Part shown: piece after piece, positions 35,743-49,788 of the stretch
Layout: every line of letters begins with the position of its first letter
Numbering within the stretch: the stretch's first letter is position 1
Assembly: GCA_030295235.1 (NCBI GenBank)
Contig: AP026144.1
Coordinates: 248,001-312,000 of the forward strand
Source: Fistulifera solaris
Taxonomy: Eukaryota
Reading direction: 5' to 3'
DNA length: 64,000 nt
The notes under the pieces: generated by a model
Seen by the model: only the letters and a program-made list of their open reading frames with translations
Told to the model about the DNA's origin: nothing
Database searches by the model: none
Program-made: the position numbers and the translations under genes

Positions 35743-37149
35743 TCAAAGCTCAGAACTGTCCTTGTCTGGAAGTGTGATCCATAGTCCCAGAGCCGTCCAG
35801 GCGGCAATCGAAACAATGCTTACCACATAAGACGGAAGATAAACACCCGCCACCGTTTGTGCGCTGGAAAGACCTTGAGATTTCAACAACACTACAACAA
35901 TTAGTGCCCCAGGCAATGCGGCATTGACAACTACAACCAAGAGTGCCATTGGTGGAACACTGATGGGTAGAAACGCCAAGGGGAGGATCACCAATGCCGG
36001 GGTTACGAAAAGCCTCGCAGCTATATACCAGAACAAGTACCGGACATGTTCTCCTCTATGTTGCTTTGATTCATCAGGTCCAGGCGCAAATAGATAAGTG
36101 AACCACCGTTTCCAAAATGGATGACTATTATCATTGTCGCCTGAACATCGGGGTTCCCCGGAAACGTCAGGGTCGCGCTGCCTTTCGGGCGCTTCCGCTA
36201 TCCACGCTAGAGGGACCAGACTTGCGGCCACGACAATAGTGCTCACACTGGACGAAGCAATTCCCATTGTGTGGATAGCATCGCCGATGAATCGTAGTGG
36301 AGCGCCGGGTTCAAACAGCGCATCACGTAGAGGACCGATGCATCCGGTAACAATGCCTGCCGCCATTGTCAAGAATCCCGGCGATGAAAGCGTTTGCTTG
36401 ATAGCATTTGTTACTGTTTGAAGAAATAATGTGGAAGACGTTTTTGCTGAGCGTGTATTGCTTGAACGCTCGGCGTTGCCTTGGAGGACCTCTGTACCAA
36501 GGCTCTCGTCCATCCGTGATAAAGAAATTTCTGCCGTTTGGTCTTCACTTTGCTGCTTGGCTTCTGCCGCTCGCATCAACTCAGGGAGTCCAAAAGTAAA
36601 GAAACAAAAACTCCATCCAAAGAAATAAACAAAAATCATGCTGTTCGCATCAGCTGTACATGCTTCGATAGGACCCATGCCAGTACTGTCCGAGGACGTC
36701 CGGTTCATGGTAAAGTTCTCGTAAACAACTGCGTGTTCACAAAGACTCGGAAATATCAAAATCGGTAAAGCTACTGTATTTGGATAGGTTGCCGCAATCC
36801 GCAGTGCCATAAAGTCTTCCTCTAAACGCGGCAGCATTATGTATCCCAGTATTGTCGCGACGGCATAACTGAGTCCTACCGTGGCAAAGGCGGCTACAAC
36901 AAGAAACCAATAGTCTCCAATAGAATCTGGACTAATGCTTTGAGCTGTTGTACTATAAATCAGCGACAACGTCAAGGTGTGAAAGGAGAATCGTGCTATT
37001 GAGGCGACGGAAGAGCTCGGCATTAAGGGTTGTGTGCGTGGGTAGAGAACTGAAGCGAAGCCGACAGCTCCAATCACGAAAACTTTGGACACACTCTGAG
37101 CGGCAGCCGCTATCACGGAAGTGATTTGTGAAGTGGAAGCAGATGCCAT
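35743..37149 (-). CDS. Auxin efflux carrier family (PILS-like) membrane transporter
   Basis: About 10 TM segments in a 5+5 layout around a hydrophilic loop; YPNTVALPIL, ALFEPGAPLRFIGDAI, ARLFVTP. Confidence 0.8.
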   Translation of the reverse strand: MASASTSQITSVIAAAAQSVSKVFVIGAVGFASVLYPRTQPLMPSSSVASIARFSFHTLTLSLIYSTTAQSISPDSIGDYWFLVVAAFATVGLSYAVATILGYIMLPRLEEDFMALRIAATYPNTVALPILIFPSLCEHAVVYENFTMNRTSSDSTGMGPIEACTADANSMIFVYFFGWSFCFFTFGLPELMRAAEAKQQSEDQTAEISLSRMDESLGTEVLQGNAERSSNTRSAKTSSTLFLQTVTNAIKQTLSSPGFLTMAAGIVTGCIGPLRDALFEPGAPLRFIGDAIHTMGIASSSVSTIVVAASLVPLAWIAEAPERQRDPDVSGEPRCSGDNDNSHPFWKRWFTYLFAPGPDESKQHRGEHVRYLFWYIAARLFVTPALVILPLAFLPISVPPMALLVVVVNAALPGALIVVVLLKSQGLSSAQTVAGVYLPSYVVSIVSIAAWTALGLWITLPDKDSSEL

Positions 37150-37916
37150 TCTTATGCGAGAACTGACAATCGTGCGGTCAACTGCTTGTTTTTGCTCGTA
37201 GAAGAGGACAAGTAATGTGGTGAATTTCGTAATAGTTCGACACGGAAGCCAAGAACCCGTGCTAATTGCTTTCGAAGATGAAGTTCCTTGTTTTTTACTT
37301 AATGCTTATCAAATTATATGTCGTCAAACAGCAATCGTTTTCCTTTTCTTTCAATATTCCAGACTCCAGACCCGTTGTCCTACTTTTCGCTTTGTCGATG
37401 TGTTCGGCGTTCGGCGTCGTTCGGCGTCATGCAAAAGGGTCCCGAGTCCCGAGTTCCGTGTTTTTCTCATCCGGGTCTTTTTCTCGTCAAGCTGAAGTGC
37501 CTAACTTCTAAGTAAGATTACCGGAGTGAAAATTATTCTCTAAGTGACAACCATGAACGACGATAAATATAAGAAATAAAGTAATAGATCATGATCATAG
37601 TGTCAACGTCACCCAGAATTATTTTTGTAAGCAAAATACAAGTAAATAGGGAATAGAATAAACGTCATTGAATACTTGTATAAAAATATTAATACTGCGC
37701 TAAACGTCGAACGGTGCAGATTACGCGCCAGCCGAAGAGTTCGAAGACAGCTTCACCGTTTGAACCTCATCTTGGCTTACCGACTTTCTTTCATCTGTTT
37801 CTTTTGTCTTTGCAAACCAATTATACAGCTGTATTTCAAAGCATCTTTGTTGGACTCATTGTCACTTGCCTTGTTGAAGAACGGCTTTTAAATACATCTA
37901 CCCGTGACATTTTATC

Positions 37917-40900
37917 ATGATGCGACGACGACAGAGCCAGCTTGAGCCTCCTGCGGAAGGAGAGGCTGCTTATGCATACGGTAACACCAGTGCGCGGTCT
38001 TCCAATCAAACTATGAGAAACGATCCTCCAGATCATCGAGCGATTGAACCTTCTGTGAGCGAAGGGCAAAATTCTGCGGTTAGTGGCGGTCGAGATCCAT
38101 CGGTTATAAATAAAGGAGCGCGGCCGACTAAAAGTAAAACCTCGTCCTGGTCGGCAGCTGCCATGCGTTCCGCCATGCGCTTGTCTCAGGAAAATTATCA
38201 GCAGACACGTGATCCTTCTGTCGCTAATGATCAAGCCATCTCAATCACCAAAACGAAAAGCCGTGATCCTCCGCCAGATACCAGAGAGTCGTCAAAGAAA
38301 GATACTTTCGCCAACCGTACCGTTCATGATAGCTTGGGCTTGCCGCCATCGGGGAGCTATTCGTCGACTGTGGGGAGCTCGTCTAGCGGAAGTCCCAATT
38401 CGCAGCAGAGAGCCTTTCTGAGGAACTTTTTGAAAAGAAAGGTGAAAAAGCGAATGTGCAGACGAAGACGATGGCCACTGCCAAACAAAAATTGCTGAGA
38501 AATGTCTTGCAAAGAGCCAAGGAGGAGTGATAAGATCCAATCACTCTGCAGAAGAGGCCCAGATATATCGTTCAAATTCCGGTTCGCCCACGAATGGTAG
38601 TTTGCGAGAAAAGTGGAAGCGCAAGGCAGCGGCAAACGCATCTCGAACGGGGCAGCGACCAAATAATGACCCATCGAAAGAGGACATTGCTCAAAGTACA
38701 CAGCAGCAATTAGCAAAAACGAACTTGAGGATTGATCCTGAAATTTCTGCGGGGGAAAAGGCAAGAAATAGGGAGAACTCGGGAGGATTGCGAAAACATG
38801 TGAAAGTAGGTTCGACGGGGATGAGCATTCGACAACGATACGAAGAGACACTTCGTGAGAAGACATTTCAGAAGTCGGTCACGGACGAGTCAAAGGCTGT
38901 ACAGACTGAAGTCGACGATGTGCATAGAGATGAATATGGTGATTTCCTCGACATTCTTCATGAAGAAGTCATGGGGCAACACGCTCAGGTACGTCAACTT
39001 CCTTTGCAGCTAGCAAACGCTCTTTACCTGCCATTCTAACGAAAATCGCTCTAAGTTATGGGAAAATTTTCGGGCGACCATGACGAACACGCCTGCACTT
39101 ACTGTTGAGCTCAAATCACCGGCAAAAGCATTTAAATTTGACTCTGAGACAAAAGAGCTTCTTATGCAAATGAATCTGTACCTGAAAAATGTTTCCACTG
39201 TCGAGCATCTTGGTGTGACGCAACTCGTCAAGGATAAGAAGTATCGGAAAGAACTCTCTCGTCTGAGCCTGTTGGCTGGCGGTAGTGCCGACAACAGTCG
39301 TAGATCTTCGGTTCTCCCTCCTATTTTGGCTGAACGGGTCCAAAGACGAAAAAGCGTTGGGCATGAAATGATGGTTAGCAGATCGGTGAACATGGAGAAC
39401 AATGATAGCAGGGGTGAAGTTGTTTCTAGACGAGACAATATCAAGGTGAACGACGTGCATCAACGGCACGTCATAGCGCGTCAAAACTTTGCAACAACAA
39501 TTATTATGTCAATGAAGAAGCAGAAGAAAAATCGCACACCAAAGCTTCCGAGGTTTCAACTATTCAGACAGCCTTGAGTGACGATAGTTCCGTGAGTCTC
39601 AATCGATATGACGTTCCGTCTCATATCGAGCAAGAGTATGACCCTGTAACGGCACAGCGAAGCAATGATGATAATGAAAATCAGTCGCAACTGGAAAAGC
39701 GGAAGTTCGATACAATTCTTTCCACGCGATCGCTTTCATCCGCAAAAGAGCATGACTTCTCACAACGTACGCCTCCTGAGACGAGGAAAAGCCGTTCTTC
39801 TTTCCATTTAAATCCATTACACAGACAAGGTCACCAAAAATGCGTTCCCACTGGCAACCAAAACGAAACGTTAAAGCAGTTTCTCGCAACACCGAAATCA
39901 GATTCTGGCTTTGAAGTAACATTGGGTCAATTCGAATCAAAGATGCGTCCGTTGTCCCCAGGCTCAGATCGCTCTACGTCCACGTCAGGGTCCGTCGTTC
40001 CTTGGAAAGACGTTCGTCTAAAGTCAGTGCCATCTTGTTCTCCTGAAAATCAAGGCGACGTCTCGAAGTTGTCCCCTGCATTCGCGCAGCTGCAGCTCCG
40101 ACGTGTAGATTCATCTTCTGTATCGCCTTCGTCCGCAGCTTTGGAATCCCAGCTAAGGTACAGTTTTAATTCTCAAAGTTTTGCCACAAACGACCCCACG
40201 AGTATCATCAGTCAAAGTACCACTCAGCAGAATCACCCTGGAGCTGGCGATCCTACTGAACGCACGCCTCCAATTCAGAACTCAAAACACCTACGTCAGA
40301 ACACCATCGATTCAGCATCGAACTACTCCGACGAAAGTTCTCGAATCACCAGTGCAGATGCATGCATTTACTTGAAACACCGGGAGGACACTGTAGAAAA
40401 GGTTCTTGTATCCAAGGAACGTATAAGAAAGACAGTTCAGACGTCGGAAGATTCACCTCCACAACTAGTGTGGGTTCTCGATCGTTCCATGATTAAGTCG
40501 CTAAGTCTTGACATGGCAGACAACCAGGCCAACTTATTCCTCGATGAAGGAGGGAAAAGGGAAACACTTGCATTTGTCAACGCTGAGGATTGTCTCCGGT
40601 TTGCGAATAGCTTCTATCAGTTCTCAGCGCCATCCACACAGCGAAGCACAGATAGTGAAATACCAAACAGCGTTAACCAGCAAGATGAAGAAGACGATGA
40701 GGTATCTCTGCTTGACACACTAAACGAGGAAGAACAGAAGGTCTTGGAAATGTATAGGAGGTTAAGAAAAACTAAGGCAGCCGAAGATGCCATGCAAGAA
40801 AGTATCTCACAAGAGACTGTTCGAGCGGATGACCAATTTTCTCTCACAAGCCAAGAAGAAGAGCTAGCGGAAAAGTATCGGGGTATGCTGCGGATGTCCT

Positions 40901-43900
40901 TCCCATTGGCTGTTGTCAAAAACAAAATGAGTAGGGACGGAGCTAGTCCGAAGCTTTTGCTGCGATCGAATCAGTTGCAAATGACTTTCCTCCGGCCTTC
41001 GTATCAGCTCAAAGGATGCCCGGGAGTCCCGTCTCTACCTTCTCAAGTTCATGCGGACTTTCGACTACAGAACAAGAGACTGCCGAGGCTTATCGAAAAC
41101 TTTTAGACAAGCTAGGAAATCCTGAGTCCATTCGGAAGAAAATGGACGATGCGAAAGTGGACCAAAAATTGTGGGCCAAGTTTTGGGTGAAGATAATTCT
41201 AAATCCGAATTGTCGTTGACACCCGCTGAGGAAGCACTGGTCCAAAGCTATCTGAGAATGTTAAAGATGTCCGTGCCCGAAGAAGCAGTTCGACATAAGA
41301 TGATCAAGGATAGGGCATCGGAAGCTGTTTCACGAGCTGTGTTTAATGTGACGAAGCAAGCTATCAGCACAAATGAACTGAACGCAGAAGAAAAAGCTAT
41401 TGCGGAAAAGTTTAAGAAGATGCTTTCGATGGGAGTTCCGAAGGACGGAGTTCATCATAAAATGATACGCGAACAGATATCCCAAAAAGTTATGGATGCG
41501 GTGCTGGAAGTGACAAACGACCGCAAACCGAATGAACGAAACACTGCTCTTCCTTCTCTGCCATTTAGTCGGGATACGACTTTGAGCGAAGAAGAGACGT
41601 CTCTTGTATCTCAGTATAAGAAGATGCTCAAGCTTCAGATTCCGAGGGAGCAAGTTCTAGCTAGGATGCAAAAAGAGGGTGTTACTGAAAAAGTGATCAT
41701 TGCTGTCATGGGGAAAAGATTTGGGTCATCTGAATCTACGAAAACTTTTGATTCAAAATCATCGGAAGGAACGAGCAGTAATCTCGTGTCATTGCATTGG
41801 ACACCATTATCTGGGAAGGATCTTGATGACAGTATATGGAGTAGAACAAGTAAGAAGCGTGGGGTATCGACCAAAGTTATCGGACCAGAGAAAACAGAAT
41901 TTAACGAGCTGATGGAGCTATTTCAAAAGAAGGCGAATACGGGAAAAATTCGTTCGACGAAGAAGACTGATACAGGTACTGGGTCTGAGAAAGCGAAACT
42001 TCTTGATATCACCCGATCAAATAACGTGGCTATCAGCTTGAAAGCATTTAAAGCCTTCCCTTTTGAAGAGCTCGCAGAGATCATTTCGTTCTTAGATCCC
42101 TTGCGGAAGATACGTGGTGAAAAATGTCAGTTCATTCGTGATATTTTGCCGACCAGTTCCGAGATCAGAGTTATAAAAGAGTACGACGGAAGCGATGATC
42201 GTCTCGAACCCGCTGAGTTGTGGTTTCGCCATCTGGTCAATATTCCTCGCCTGGAAGTCAAGGCTCACATTTTACGTACCATGGAAATGTTTAACGCCGA
42301 TGCCACACTTTTGATGGAGTCGTTTGTCATTTTGGACGAAGTGTGCCACCAGGTCATGAAGAGCGAAAAACTACAAGAGTTACTCGAAATGGTTTTGAAC
42401 ATTGGAAACATAATGAACGAAGGCACTAGAACAGGCGGGGCATCGGGTTTTAAATTTGACTCTTTGTTGAAACTGACACAAACCAAGAGTTCAGACGGGA
42501 AAACAACAGTACTGGACTTCCTGGTTAACGTCTTTGTATCAAAAACCAAAGAGAAGTACTTTATCTTACCACCGACTTTCCTCGTTGCCGTATTGCAAGC
42601 AAAATGATGATCTCTGACATGTTGAAAGAAGTAAAAAGTCTTGGCGATTCGCTCGAGCAGTGCAAGGACGAGCTCGAAGCACTCATTAAGGAAGAAGAAG
42701 GAGATGATGAAACTGAAAATGACGTCGTTGATTTGACCGCAGTCAATTCTTCCGATCTAGACGACCCCCGGGGTGCTTTACTATCAGCGATCAAGGCGAA
42801 AGGAAGCAATGTACCGAAGAAGCCCAAGCGATTTGCTCAGCGAGATCTTTTCCTTGCGGTTGTTGAAGACAAAAAACCAAAAGGCAAGGTCGTCCTAGAT
42901 GAAGTTACCATGAATCGGGAGACTGGCATAAACAGATTACGTCGTTTCATCGCAGAGGAGACTGAAACTTACGCTATTCTAATCCAAAAACGAGATCAAG
43001 CCCTCAACGCGTGTCGTGACACTTCCAAATACTGCGGCGAAGGTGGCGGTCATGGTTCAATAGCTTCTTTGTTGGGTGTGCTTGCTCAATTTGCAGACAA
43101 CCTCGAAGAGGCTGTTAAAAAATACGACCAACGAGTACAGAGAGAAATGCGTTCCAAAAAGCAAAAAAGCGACCAATCTTGTGCATCGAGTGTTCAAACA
43201 GTCTCAACTGGGCAAACGGAAGCCAAGAACGCAAAACGATCTTTGATACTGATGGTGAACGAAATGTTGAAAGATGCCACTGAAAGAACAAAGGAAGACT
43301 TCACGAAAGGAAGAGTCTACGGAAATCCCAGCAAATCCCTCCAAGCCATTTATGAGCTTGAAAGTGTTTTAGTTTCTTCGGACAATATAATTACACAAGA
43401 AGACCCAGGTTCTATGAAGAAAGAAAAAGGCGTTGTAACGAATCCAGTACGTGAGGTTCTTGTGAGGTCGACAGCTACCAATGGAACTTCTCCCAAGAGA
43501 ACGACGGAACTATCGAGGATGGAAGTGGCACAGGTCAACACAACGGCTTCAGCAATCGCCGATTTCTGGAAAAAGAAGGAAGTGGTCTCGATGCAAAAGT
43601 CTCTGGACTCTGTGCAGCAAAATGAGAGGAATCAAGACGTAACGGAGACAGACAATGTTTCAAAGAACAGAGCTTCGCTCGTTTCATCAGCGCGGCAAAC
43701 ACAACCTAGCGAAGACACGAACGTAGACGAACGGGGATTATTAACACCGAAGTTACCAAAGCAACAGTCATCCGTTGTCGATACTGCACGAATGTTTAGC
43801 GGTGTCAAAGAGCAGCCGGCAAGAGAGGAAAACGATGAGACGATTCAAAAGTCAATGCACGCAGATGACACCCCTCCGCACGAAGAGTCTTTCGTAGAGA

Positions 43901-44470
43901 AGAAAAAACTATGGCGTTAATGATTCTCCAGATGACCTTTCGTGCGAGCATACAAAGACAAAGAAGACAATTTCCGTTTTACAAGAAACAGAAATGAGCA
44001 AGGAGTCAACCGTCAGCATTGATGTAACCAAATGTCTTCCTTCGTCGATTGCAGAACAGGAGGATGTTCAAGAGCTAGTTGGAATATCTGTATTAACGGA
44101 ACAGAAAGAAAACGTTGTCTTGCATCAAGCAAGAGGAAATGAGAAGACACCGGAGACCAAACCACCACTCAGCAACCACCAAAGTTCAATTGAAGTTCTC
44201 AAAACAGTGCAAAGGCCCAACATTCCGATGGGCTCTCCGACAATAGTGTCCGAGAAGGGGGAATCGGCCATGATCCGTCTTGCGCGTTTGAAACGAGAGG
44301 AAAAAACAAAGACAAGAAAGTCCCTGTCTGAATCACCTCATATCACAAAGTCACCATTACCACCCTCAATTAATGAAGGTTCCGCACAACAGGAGAGTGC
44401 AATGGTACAGTTGGCTCGGCAAATGAGAAAAGACAGGCGATTGAGCGCCAACAAAGAGGGGAACAGTTGA
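37917..44470 (+). CDS. Formin (FH2) with CCDC53-C-like helical repeats; intron near 38989-39055; several frameshifts; 5' boundary uncertain
   Basis: LVSLHW..SIW, LLDITRSNNVAISL, VLNIGNIMNEG, ASGFKFDSLLKLTQTKSSDGKTTVLDFL; five Y/F-xxML-xM-x-P...KM repeats upstream of the FH2. Confidence 0.85.
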
Positions 44471-44723
44471 ATTGAATAATGAAGTAGTAAGATTTTGATC
44501 GAGTAATCTTCTTTGCATTTATCGAATGAAGCTAGTACTATTCTTCATAGCTTCGGATGGCAAAACGGACCTAGCTGCCGAAGTGTCAGTCACGGACGTC
44601 ACAAAACATTGACATTTTGATTTTTGCAGCAAACGATGAATCGAGAAACAAAAATCATTGACTCAATTGTAATATCTTGTCTAATTCGTTGATAGTCTTT
44701 GTAAATGAATGCTAAACCTGCTA

Positions 44724-45538
44724 ATGGATTTACTGGACGAGTACGATGACAGCGATAGCAGCGAAACAGAAATCCGTCAAGAAAAACGACTCCTTTCTCA
44801 TAATGCATCGCCGATCAATGCGAATGAACCCTGCAAGAAACAAAAAGAGGCCAAGTAAGCTTTGTATTGCCTTGTGACCTGTCAAAGCAACAATTATTTG
44901 AGCGTCAGCAACCGCATGTGCCAGGAAATTGGGCCGGTCATGTGTTTATCAACATCCCCCAGAATATCGACCTCGAGCGTGAGCAGCAACGTGCAGCTAA
45001 CGCGTGGAAAGACCGCCTCGAAAATGAGGGATGGACGGGCCCTATGCTACTTCACAAAGAAGATGATAGAAAATTGCTGAAAGGAATTCACGTGTCGCTC
45101 TCGCGACCATTCTATTTGCAACGCGGATCGATCGATTCGTTTCTGCAGTCGCTACGAGAACGCTTTAAATATACTGAAAAAGGATGGTTTCGACTCGACT
45201 ATTCAGAAAAGGGAACAAAACTATTTACAAACGACGATAGTACTCGCACGTTCTTAGTATGGCGAATTGAGGATGTGGAGAATACCCTCACCATGCTCGT
45301 CAAAGATGTGGATACGGTGTTAGAGCGTTACGGAGCCGCTCCCTACTATCACCCGCCTCAATTTCATGTGAGTGTGGCATCGATTCCTGGTACTTGTTCT
45401 GCAATAAAGGTACTCGATAGAAAGTCAGACGAGCCAGGAGTGGCGATACCGGTGTCGGACATTCATTGCACGTTCGGAACCACAGAGGAGTTTATCATTC
45501 CGCTCGGTACAGCTGGTTTGTCGTTAGGGAAAGGATGA
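44724..45538 (+). CDS. USB1: U6 snRNA 3' phosphodiesterase (2H family)
   Basis: PHVPGNWAGHVF, HVSLSRP, FTNDDSTRTF, YY...QFHVSVA; acidic MDLLDEYDDSDS start joined by an A-run frameshift near 44845. Confidence 0.9.
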
Positions 45539-45585
45539 CCTATGAATACTACGAAGTACGACCAGTATCATTTTCCATGTGAGGC

Positions 45586-46422
45586 TCAGTGTGAGGGAGT
45601 ATCTAATGGTCGATGCAAACAGAAGGCTGGTGAATGCAAAATGAGCACGTTTGGTCAATGAATGACAAAGCAACAAAAATGCAAAATTGCTGCTTCATAC
45701 TACTTACGCGATCCATTGTACATGCCTCCCGACCATCCCATACTGCCTATTCCTATCAGAACGCATTCTCCATTAACACAATCAAGGAGTCGAATTTCAT
45801 CGACCATGCTCCTCCAGAGTAGGCTGGTCCAACCCCCGGAGCCGATTTTCTGATATTTGTTATAGCGAAGCACTAGTGATTTCTGATCTTTGCAAAGAGC
45901 CGATGTTTCAATTTGGTAATCAAATGTGTGATCGAACTCTGTTGTCGATGTTTTGGTTGTAAACCGATTGATCCCCCGATTTTGATCTTGAAACGTCTTT
46001 CCATTCCACCGTCGACCTTTACTAAACAGTTTATGCGTCAATAATTGGGATACTTCTGTCTATAAGTAATAGAAAAAATTGATGAGTGTGTCATTTTCGT
46101 TTTGATATCGATTCCTTCCTGCCATTTGATTTCCTACCATGATCCAGCCATTGTTTTCTAAAAGGACACCATCCCAAGCACCCTCGATGTCTTGAATCGA
46201 CGGAACACGAGACGCGTGTAAAAACAAATTGAGAGACTCCTTTCGCGAGCATTCTTGCAATTGCCGCAGCAGTTCGGCCGCCGTGGCAGGTGTCTTGAAC
46301 GATCCCGGAGTCGATCGAAAAGCGTGAAACGTACTCCACATATTGCGCGCGGACGATACTGACAATGTGGCGGTAACCGCAATTGCTACCGCAGTCAACG
46401 TATTGGGAAGAAGGAGTAACAT
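45586..46422 (-). CDS. Conserved-looking hypothetical protein (two introns)
   Basis: GAWDGVLL, intron near 46060-46136, WNGKTF..GINRF..SLVLRY..MVDEIR..LIGIG, intron near 45628-45708, PFCL end. Confidence 0.65.
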
Positions 46423-46937
46423 AATACGCAACGCTATCGGATGAATGGATCGATAATACCAAGGAATACCTTGTAAGTGCAAGAAAGTAATGCGAGAAAT
46501 AACGCGAGGTGAGAGGAGAATAAGGAGGCGTGTCAAGCAAAGTCACAGTGTTAGTCGTAATCTAAGGCTAATAAGTAATGATAGCTTTCACTGACAGGTA
46601 AAGTAGGCCGTCCGTTTGCCATCCGTACATGGGCGTGGCTCACCGCCGCTTTTGCTACCTGGTATTTTCGCTGCAATTTCCAAAACAAATTTTCCATCCA
46701 AGTGCTTTCACAATAAACTTCTTGTGGGAACGGCGACATCCTTATACTTGTGATAAACAGTCATTAATCAAGCGTTGACTTTCATAACAATTTACTAGTT
46801 CGATTCCCCGTCCTCTGACTTGGTTCGAAAAACGACGCTTTCTGTTGCAAACGACGCTATCATGCGTCCTGGTGTTGGGTGTTGCTAAATTTTCATTGTT
46901 GTTTTTATATACTCCGTACATATCACTGTAAAGCACC

Positions 46938-48438
46938 ATGCCGGTACTGGACCGAGAACGCCGTTCGACGGCGGGAAAACGCATGACCGAACTGGGCGGT
47001 CAAGAGGCCGAGGATGATGCCGCATTTTGGGGACACGAAACGTGGAATGAGGATTCCGACAACGAGTCGTTTCATTCGTCCGATGAAGACTCGGACATCA
47101 AGAAAGATGTCTTTGATTCAGATTTTGATGAAAGTGAAAGTGATCGGGAAGAAGAGGATGCCGTTGCAGGTGATGAAGAAGATAAAGAAATTGCTCGTGT
47201 TGATAGGAAACGAAAAGAATCGAAGTCGACTTATTCGGATGTTGTTGCGGGAAAGTTGGCGAGAGGAAAGCGAATGAAAGGTATCAAGCGGATTATCGGT
47301 GATGGTTTGAACGCTGGGATTGTTCTCAATGCTCCTGGTGTCACTCCATCTGTTGCTGCACCGGTTCCTTTGATCACTTCTTCAGCAGCAGTGCCGACGG
47401 GCAGTTTATCACCGACGGTAGCATCTTTATCAAAGCCGGCACGCAAAGTCACACTAGCGTCGACACGTCCTCGAAGGGCCGACCAACTCCGGACGTCCAG
47501 TAAACGAACGACAACAGCGCGGGTTGACACACCTGCGGCCGCGGGTTATGCTTCATCTACGGGACAACCTCCATTGACAAAATCATCATCATCATCATCA
47601 TCCGGTCCGCAAAACAACCACAAGAAAAAGAAGCGTCACCGTCATACGCAAGAGGAGCTTCTTCTCGAAGCAGCACACGAGACAGAAGGTGAAAGCATTC
47701 GATGGTTACTTGCACGCAAACGATACCAAGAAGAACAAAAAGACAACGAAGGACGAATGGAAGGGGAGAGGGAGAGGGCCCACGGGGAAACTCATTATGC
47801 AATACACTTCGCGGAGGGGTTATCTGAATACCATTACCTTCCCCGAAATGGACCACGTGCCGGAAATATTGACTCGTCGAGACTCTCAGACTACAAAGTA
47901 TCCGAAACCAACCTATTGCGTTATCACTGGGCTCAAAGCTCGCTACAAAGACCCACGCACGGGATTAGGTTATTACGATTTGGCTGCTTTCAAGGAATTG
48001 CGGAGACGAAGTGACGCCGGAGAACCACTCGATCAACGAAAACTAAAAGCGCGGGACTCTACCAATAGTACCAAAGCAAACTCCAGTGCAGCGAACGATT
48101 GCTCAAAACCACCCAAATTAGATACATTAGCGAATGGTTCCGCGACATCGACCAAAACAGAGTCGCACGAGAATAACGGCTCGTCGGAAGCTGGTCCGAA
48201 GACTGAAAATTCGGACGCTACTCATGCTGTTGACCCAAATACATCACAACCCAATGCCGAACCAGCTCTACCCACGAATTTGTCTCGCAAGCCTGCACCC
48301 CGCCGCAGGAAGCCATCCGCTAAAGTTCGAGCCGTTGAAGCCAACAGAATTTTGACAAACGGTTTACAATATCCTTTCCCTGCGACGGTTTCACCATCCA
48401 GACCGTCGCAGGTTCCTCAAGAGGACCTTGCAGAGTAA
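46938..48438 (+). CDS. VPS72: SWR1 complex subunit Vps72/YL1/Swc2
   Basis: RRSTAGKRM, DVFDSDF, TQEELLLEA; YL1_C motif YCVITGLKARYKDPRTGLGY; one frameshift near 47740. Confidence 0.92.
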
Positions 48439-48658
48439 GACAGTGTCATCTAATTAACGTAGTACGAATGCTACTAGCTCCTACAACCCTTTTCTTCAGA
48501 GTCTTATATCTATTATATGATTTATCGAATTATCCATTTATACCAGACGTTTTCACGGAGGACCCTACAGCGAACATCTCCGACAGTAGCTTTAGATTAC
48601 AAGGACCACCACGGTCATCGAAAGGTCGAAATACAATACATGTGCCTGATTACAGCAA

Positions 48659-49788
48659 TCATGTGAATCTTGGTCGTTTTGGTCCCGACTCGTCTATTTG
48701 CTCCGATGCATCTATCGAGGTCTGTGTCGACAAAGACTCTGGCTTTATTGTGGAAATGTCATAGGACAGCTTTCGCTGGTTGCTTCCTGCCGGGGCGTCC
48801 TCCGCATCCGTTACGAGCACATCCTCGTTGATTTGAGCAATCAGATTAATAAACAGACGCTCGTCTTCCTGTAAGTTGCTTCTCCCAGCTTTTTCTAGTT
48901 CAATGGATGCTTCTTTGTATTTCAATAAACTCATCTGGATCATTCCCTGCAGTGGCGCCGTGTCACTAAAGTTTGCTTTGCTGACCATGGTATTCATGAA
49001 AGCCGCTCTTGTGTTTCGACCCGTCATTTTGTCGTGTTTCTTTAAAATTTTAGAAAAGCCGCAGTACGTCATGATCGCGTAGGTTTCGAGTAAAACGAGG
49101 TCTCGATAGACTTTGAAGGCCGCTCTCGCCATCACTAACCATTTGTCCTCTACCAATGAAAAACCCGATCTTTTCAATATAACAGTACCTTCTTTTAGAC
49201 GGTTTGCTCGAATCCGATATTCCTCGCAAGTACGACCGTAGAAATGTATGGATTTGCGGAGCTCGGAATGCAGAAACTTGAAGAATTTGACTTCGGTGGG
49301 ATGTTTCCCTAGAACATCCGGTGAAGAATGCGCGCTATTCTTTCCGTCCTCCCTTTCTTCTATAGTTGGAGAGACTTTTAAAGCACTTTCAGAGCTTGAT
49401 TCGCTGGTTAAACGCGCAAGGCGTGGAGATTCCGAGGGTGTGGACGGGAGATTCGATGGTTGCTGTTCGTTTGCATTGTCACCAATATCCGGGGCGGGCA
49501 AATTTGCCGGTAACACAGTAGGCAAAGTTTTGATTGTTTTCTAAATTTTTTAAGAGTGAAAAAAAGATTGTTAGCTTCAGTAATGACGAGCATATGATGA
49601 ACACATTTTCGCCTTTGTCTCTCTGCAGTTGCAACGACGCGACTTCGAGGGAGCTCGTATCGATGCATCAAGAGATTGCTCTCTTGCTCTGCGTTACCCA
49701 CCTTCAGTAATTTGTATTCCATCCAAAATGGAGCCCACGAGGGGTCAGAGAGATCAATGACACGCAAAAGATTCTTACAAAACTTCAT
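48659..49788 (-). CDS. SPX: Stand-alone SPX domain protein (phosphate sensing)
   Basis: MKFCKNL..W..YKLLK(intron 49541-49701)K, FFKFLHSELRK, LLETYAIMTYCGFSKILKKHDK. Confidence 0.92.
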
